64,000 bases of DNA from Tubulanus polymorphus (Eukaryota > Animalia > Nemertea). Each line of letters begins with the position of its first letter. Position 1 is the first letter of the stretch. Location: the NCBI RefSeq assembly GCF_964204645.1, contig NC_134032.1:6002275-6066274 (forward strand). The letters run 5' to 3'. The notes beneath the pieces are model-generated. The model made no database searches. It had not been told where the DNA came from and saw only the letters and a program-made list of their open reading frames with translations. This document shows positions 61,102 through 64,000 of this stretch, in pieces. A program made the position numbers and the translations under genes.

Positions 61102-61778
61102 TCAGGTTATAGCGTTTAGTGGTGGGAGGAAAAATTCCTCCCTAAATCAATATACTTTGAATCTAAGACTCGGGTTCCTTTTCCTTCAGTTGACAAATGA
61201 CAATATTTCGAATATCAGACCAGGTCCATTTTCCCTCGTTTGACCATGGACGTATGAACTAGATTATACGTCCATGGTTTGACATAGGGAGGAACATTCC
61301 TCCCGACGTCGATACTTTGAATATCAGACCTGAAGGTCAAATTCTCTTCGTTTGACCTTGGGAGGAATATTCCTCCCAAAGTCAATTGTAAAAATATCGA
61401 ACCCCATGGTCAAGTTTCCATCGATTGACATTGGGAGGAATATTCCTCCCGCAGTCAATTTTCACAATAGCGGTCCTCTTAATTGGTGACACTCAAAGAA
61501 CGCGCGGCTCAAATTTCTATTGTGCGCCTATCGCGCGCTGCGCGTGTATCACTTACGTAATCTTTTCTGTAAATGTGAAGACCTCGGGGGCATTATGTTC
61601 TCGAAAGCCCAATATTATCCCAAATTCCGGACTGTTAATAGGTTGATTTTACGGCAGAGTCGACATGTTTCAACAATTTTTAACTGTTCATTTATGAATA
61701 TTTGAGGACTTATGAACTAAAAATTAGTTAAATTTTTGATACAATTTGAGAAAGTCACAAAACATTTGAGACTGCGTT
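61102..61778 (-). repeat. dispersed repeat family A, copy 2
   Basis: reverse complement of 48901-49484 plus extra internal sequence including a 32-bp insertion. Confidence 0.9.
61245..61276. mobile_element. 32-bp P-element-like remnant (probable excision footprint)
   Basis: GTTTGAC|CATGGACGTAT..ATACGTCCATG|GTTTGAC; the paralogous site near 49396 has a single GTTTGAC. Confidence 0.7.
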
Positions 61779-61860
61779 CGGAGTGGATTAGTCTGGACGC
61801 CAGTCGATGTTACGGTTTCCGGAACAACATCTTGTAGTAGGTTCGAGTCCCGACCTCACG
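61779..61860 (+). repeat. tRNA-derived SINE-like head (not a tRNA gene)
   Basis: A-box-like CGGAGTGGATTAG and B-box GGTTCGAGTCCC; no cloverleaf; similar B boxes at ~62443 (-) and ~62730 (+). Confidence 0.4.
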
Positions 61861-64000
61861 CTATTCGGCATATGATTCTAATCTATTAAAATCGTTACCA
61901 TATACTACTTATATTGACCCGCCCGGCCGGTTTTTATTTTCATCATAACAAGAAGATAAGGTATCAATTCTAGGCCCGGCCGGTAGCATTTTATTTTTAC
62001 GATTTTCGCCGTTAATTTATCTGACCCGGCCGGAAATGAGAAACGAGGTATCATTTTGGCTTGAAATTGTAGAGTTTGAGACGGAAAAAATGGTTAAAAT
62101 TTAAAATGCGGATACGTATAAATATAATCATATACTCGACATACGGTTTCAAGGTAACAGCTATCAATATTAAGATGAATATCGACTTGTATGTTGATCG
62201 TATGATAAGCAATATTCGGTGACATATTTCACCAGTATGAATACTATCCGGACCGAAAGCTTGCCAAATATTACTAATAAACGGATTGAAATTGTCGCTA
62301 GAAGGGAATAATCATAGCGTAAATCCATCGGTAGGTTCTAGTTTTGGACATTATAAATCCAAACATAATTGTCGTAATAACCAGAACTGTTGAGAAAAGT
62401 GCCAAAAATCAGGCCTAAATTCCTCATGCTCTCCCACGGCAGGGATTCGAACCTGATAGCATCGCTACACTCAGCCACGGCACGAACCACCTGCCACAGA
62501 AGGCCGGTTGCGCGTGCACATGCGCAGCTTTGCCACGCGAAAAATGCGGCACCAATCAGATCGTCGTATAATCGCTGAGGTAAATTTCACGGTAGAACTA
62601 TAAATGGGAAAACCCGGGCTAAAATAAAACGGGATATCTGATTGGCTGATAATGACATCACCTAAGCTGTAGCTATGCACTCGGTCAAGTGTGCCAGAGT
62701 TTTGTATCGTGGCAATCTCGATGCCATCAGGTTTGAATCCCCGCCGGAGAGGATGACATTCCTAGGAAATTCAGTAATTAAAACCTTCATGGTCACCTGT
62801 TTGCCGTCCAATGATTTATTAGGAAGTTGTTGTAGGAAATCAGTTGTAGGAAGTGAGGACGATTACAAGTCGCTGCAATTACATAAGATACGACGGAGAC
62901 TGCATTGAAACCGTGAGCAGTACACCTCTTTTCTTCCAGTGACTTCGATTTATAGACAGTGTCAATCGCATAATACGGGCCGCTATCCCTGCCAAAGAGA
63001 CGTTAAAGTCATCATGTGAAGGATAACCCATAACGTGAAGTATAATGTAGTAACGTATAAACTCGTAACGTGAAGGGTCAACTCGCGTCATCGAGACTTG
63101 CTGTGGATTGAAGGATACGAGCTTTGCTATGTTCAATGCCGCCATGTTCAAATTCGTCTAATGAAATATCACAATTAAGCAGAACGTCGAGGAAGACACC
63201 TATTCTTTACAGCCAGGCTCTACACTTTCTAATACACATCTTTCTAATACTCACAGTTTTCGGGCCTACTGCCCAAACGTGACATGAAGAATAATGTTAT
63301 TCCTATGGATATGGAATTCCAGTCTATCACAAACTTCACTTAAGGTTATTTTCACTTTAAAACATTCACAAAAAGTATCACTTATGATTACAATTACCTC
63401 GTAGAAGGAAGGAGGTATAAACAAATATATCAAATATAAGATAGCGATGCTTATAAATATGGCTGTATACCCCACGTATGGTTCCTAACCAGTCAACGCC
63501 CTCCTCACAGTCAGCACTCGGCCAAAGTACGATGTCAGCATTCGCAACTCGTCAGCCTTCAGCCGCCAGTCAACCTAACCAGTCAACGCCCTTCTCACAG
63601 TCAGCACTCAGCCAAATAAATGGAAGTTCGAATTCAGCATTTCTTTTCTCATCAGACGAGTTTTACCTTCCTGGAATTCATCAGATGATGGAAGACCAAC
63701 AACGCAGAATCAGTACATTCAGATGAACCAATTAGCAGTTGTTTGTACTTCTCAACATTCTGCGACTTTCTCAGTCCAATAACAGGCTCGGTTTAAGATC
63801 AGGATTCTATTATTGACGGTGCTAGTAGTATAGTTATCATTCGTGACACGAACGATGTCATGACACTCAAATATATATTGAACATGCTTCAGCCCGATGA
63901 ACATGAAAATGGGATAAATTTGATACATTTAGGGGACCGCAGTGAGGTACTCTATGTCGGATTTCGAGCTGCTTTTAAGAACAAAATAGTGGTGGGCACG

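Noticed and set aside
61779-62760. tRNA genes
   Set aside because: Only A/B-box-like motifs, no acceptor stem or cloverleaf; more consistent with SINE heads

Overview
AT-rich animal (probably invertebrate) genomic DNA; no host protein-coding gene could be supported. The first ~46 kb is a nest of mobile elements. (i) 1-3432: the 3' half of a BEL/Pao LTR retrotransposon, sitting in an older BEL remnant. (ii) ~3581-31007: a decayed but nearly complete Polinton/Maverick-like endogenous DNA virus (~18 kb once insertions are removed). It encodes protein-primed PolB, minor and major capsid proteins, a block of membrane proteins, a zinc-finger protein, packaging ATPase, integrase and an HNH nuclease. 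Its polB is split by two Helentron-type elements (one carrying a 2.7-kb 31-bp minisatellite), a Mutator-like element and a piggyBac-like MITE. (iii) ~32.2-35.0 kb: a decayed Sola-type DNA transposon. (iv) 35323-46247: a full-length Gypsy element (CTAG TSD) with a -1 frameshift signal, an unusual ~440-aa pre-protease insert, a chromodomain integrase and an F-type env. The last 18 kb is non-coding DNA with dispersed repeats, MITEs and a series of P-element-like excision footprints. The best candidate for a new system is the expression grammar of the Polinton-like virus. Eleven genes begin ATAAATG (poxvirus late-promoter-like), the transcription blocks end in hairpins, and one gene has a host-type TATA box plus a 5'UTR intron. 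Together these suggest a virophage-like hyperparasite with a nuclear latency gene (inference). All family assignments come from motif recognition by eye; no searches were run.
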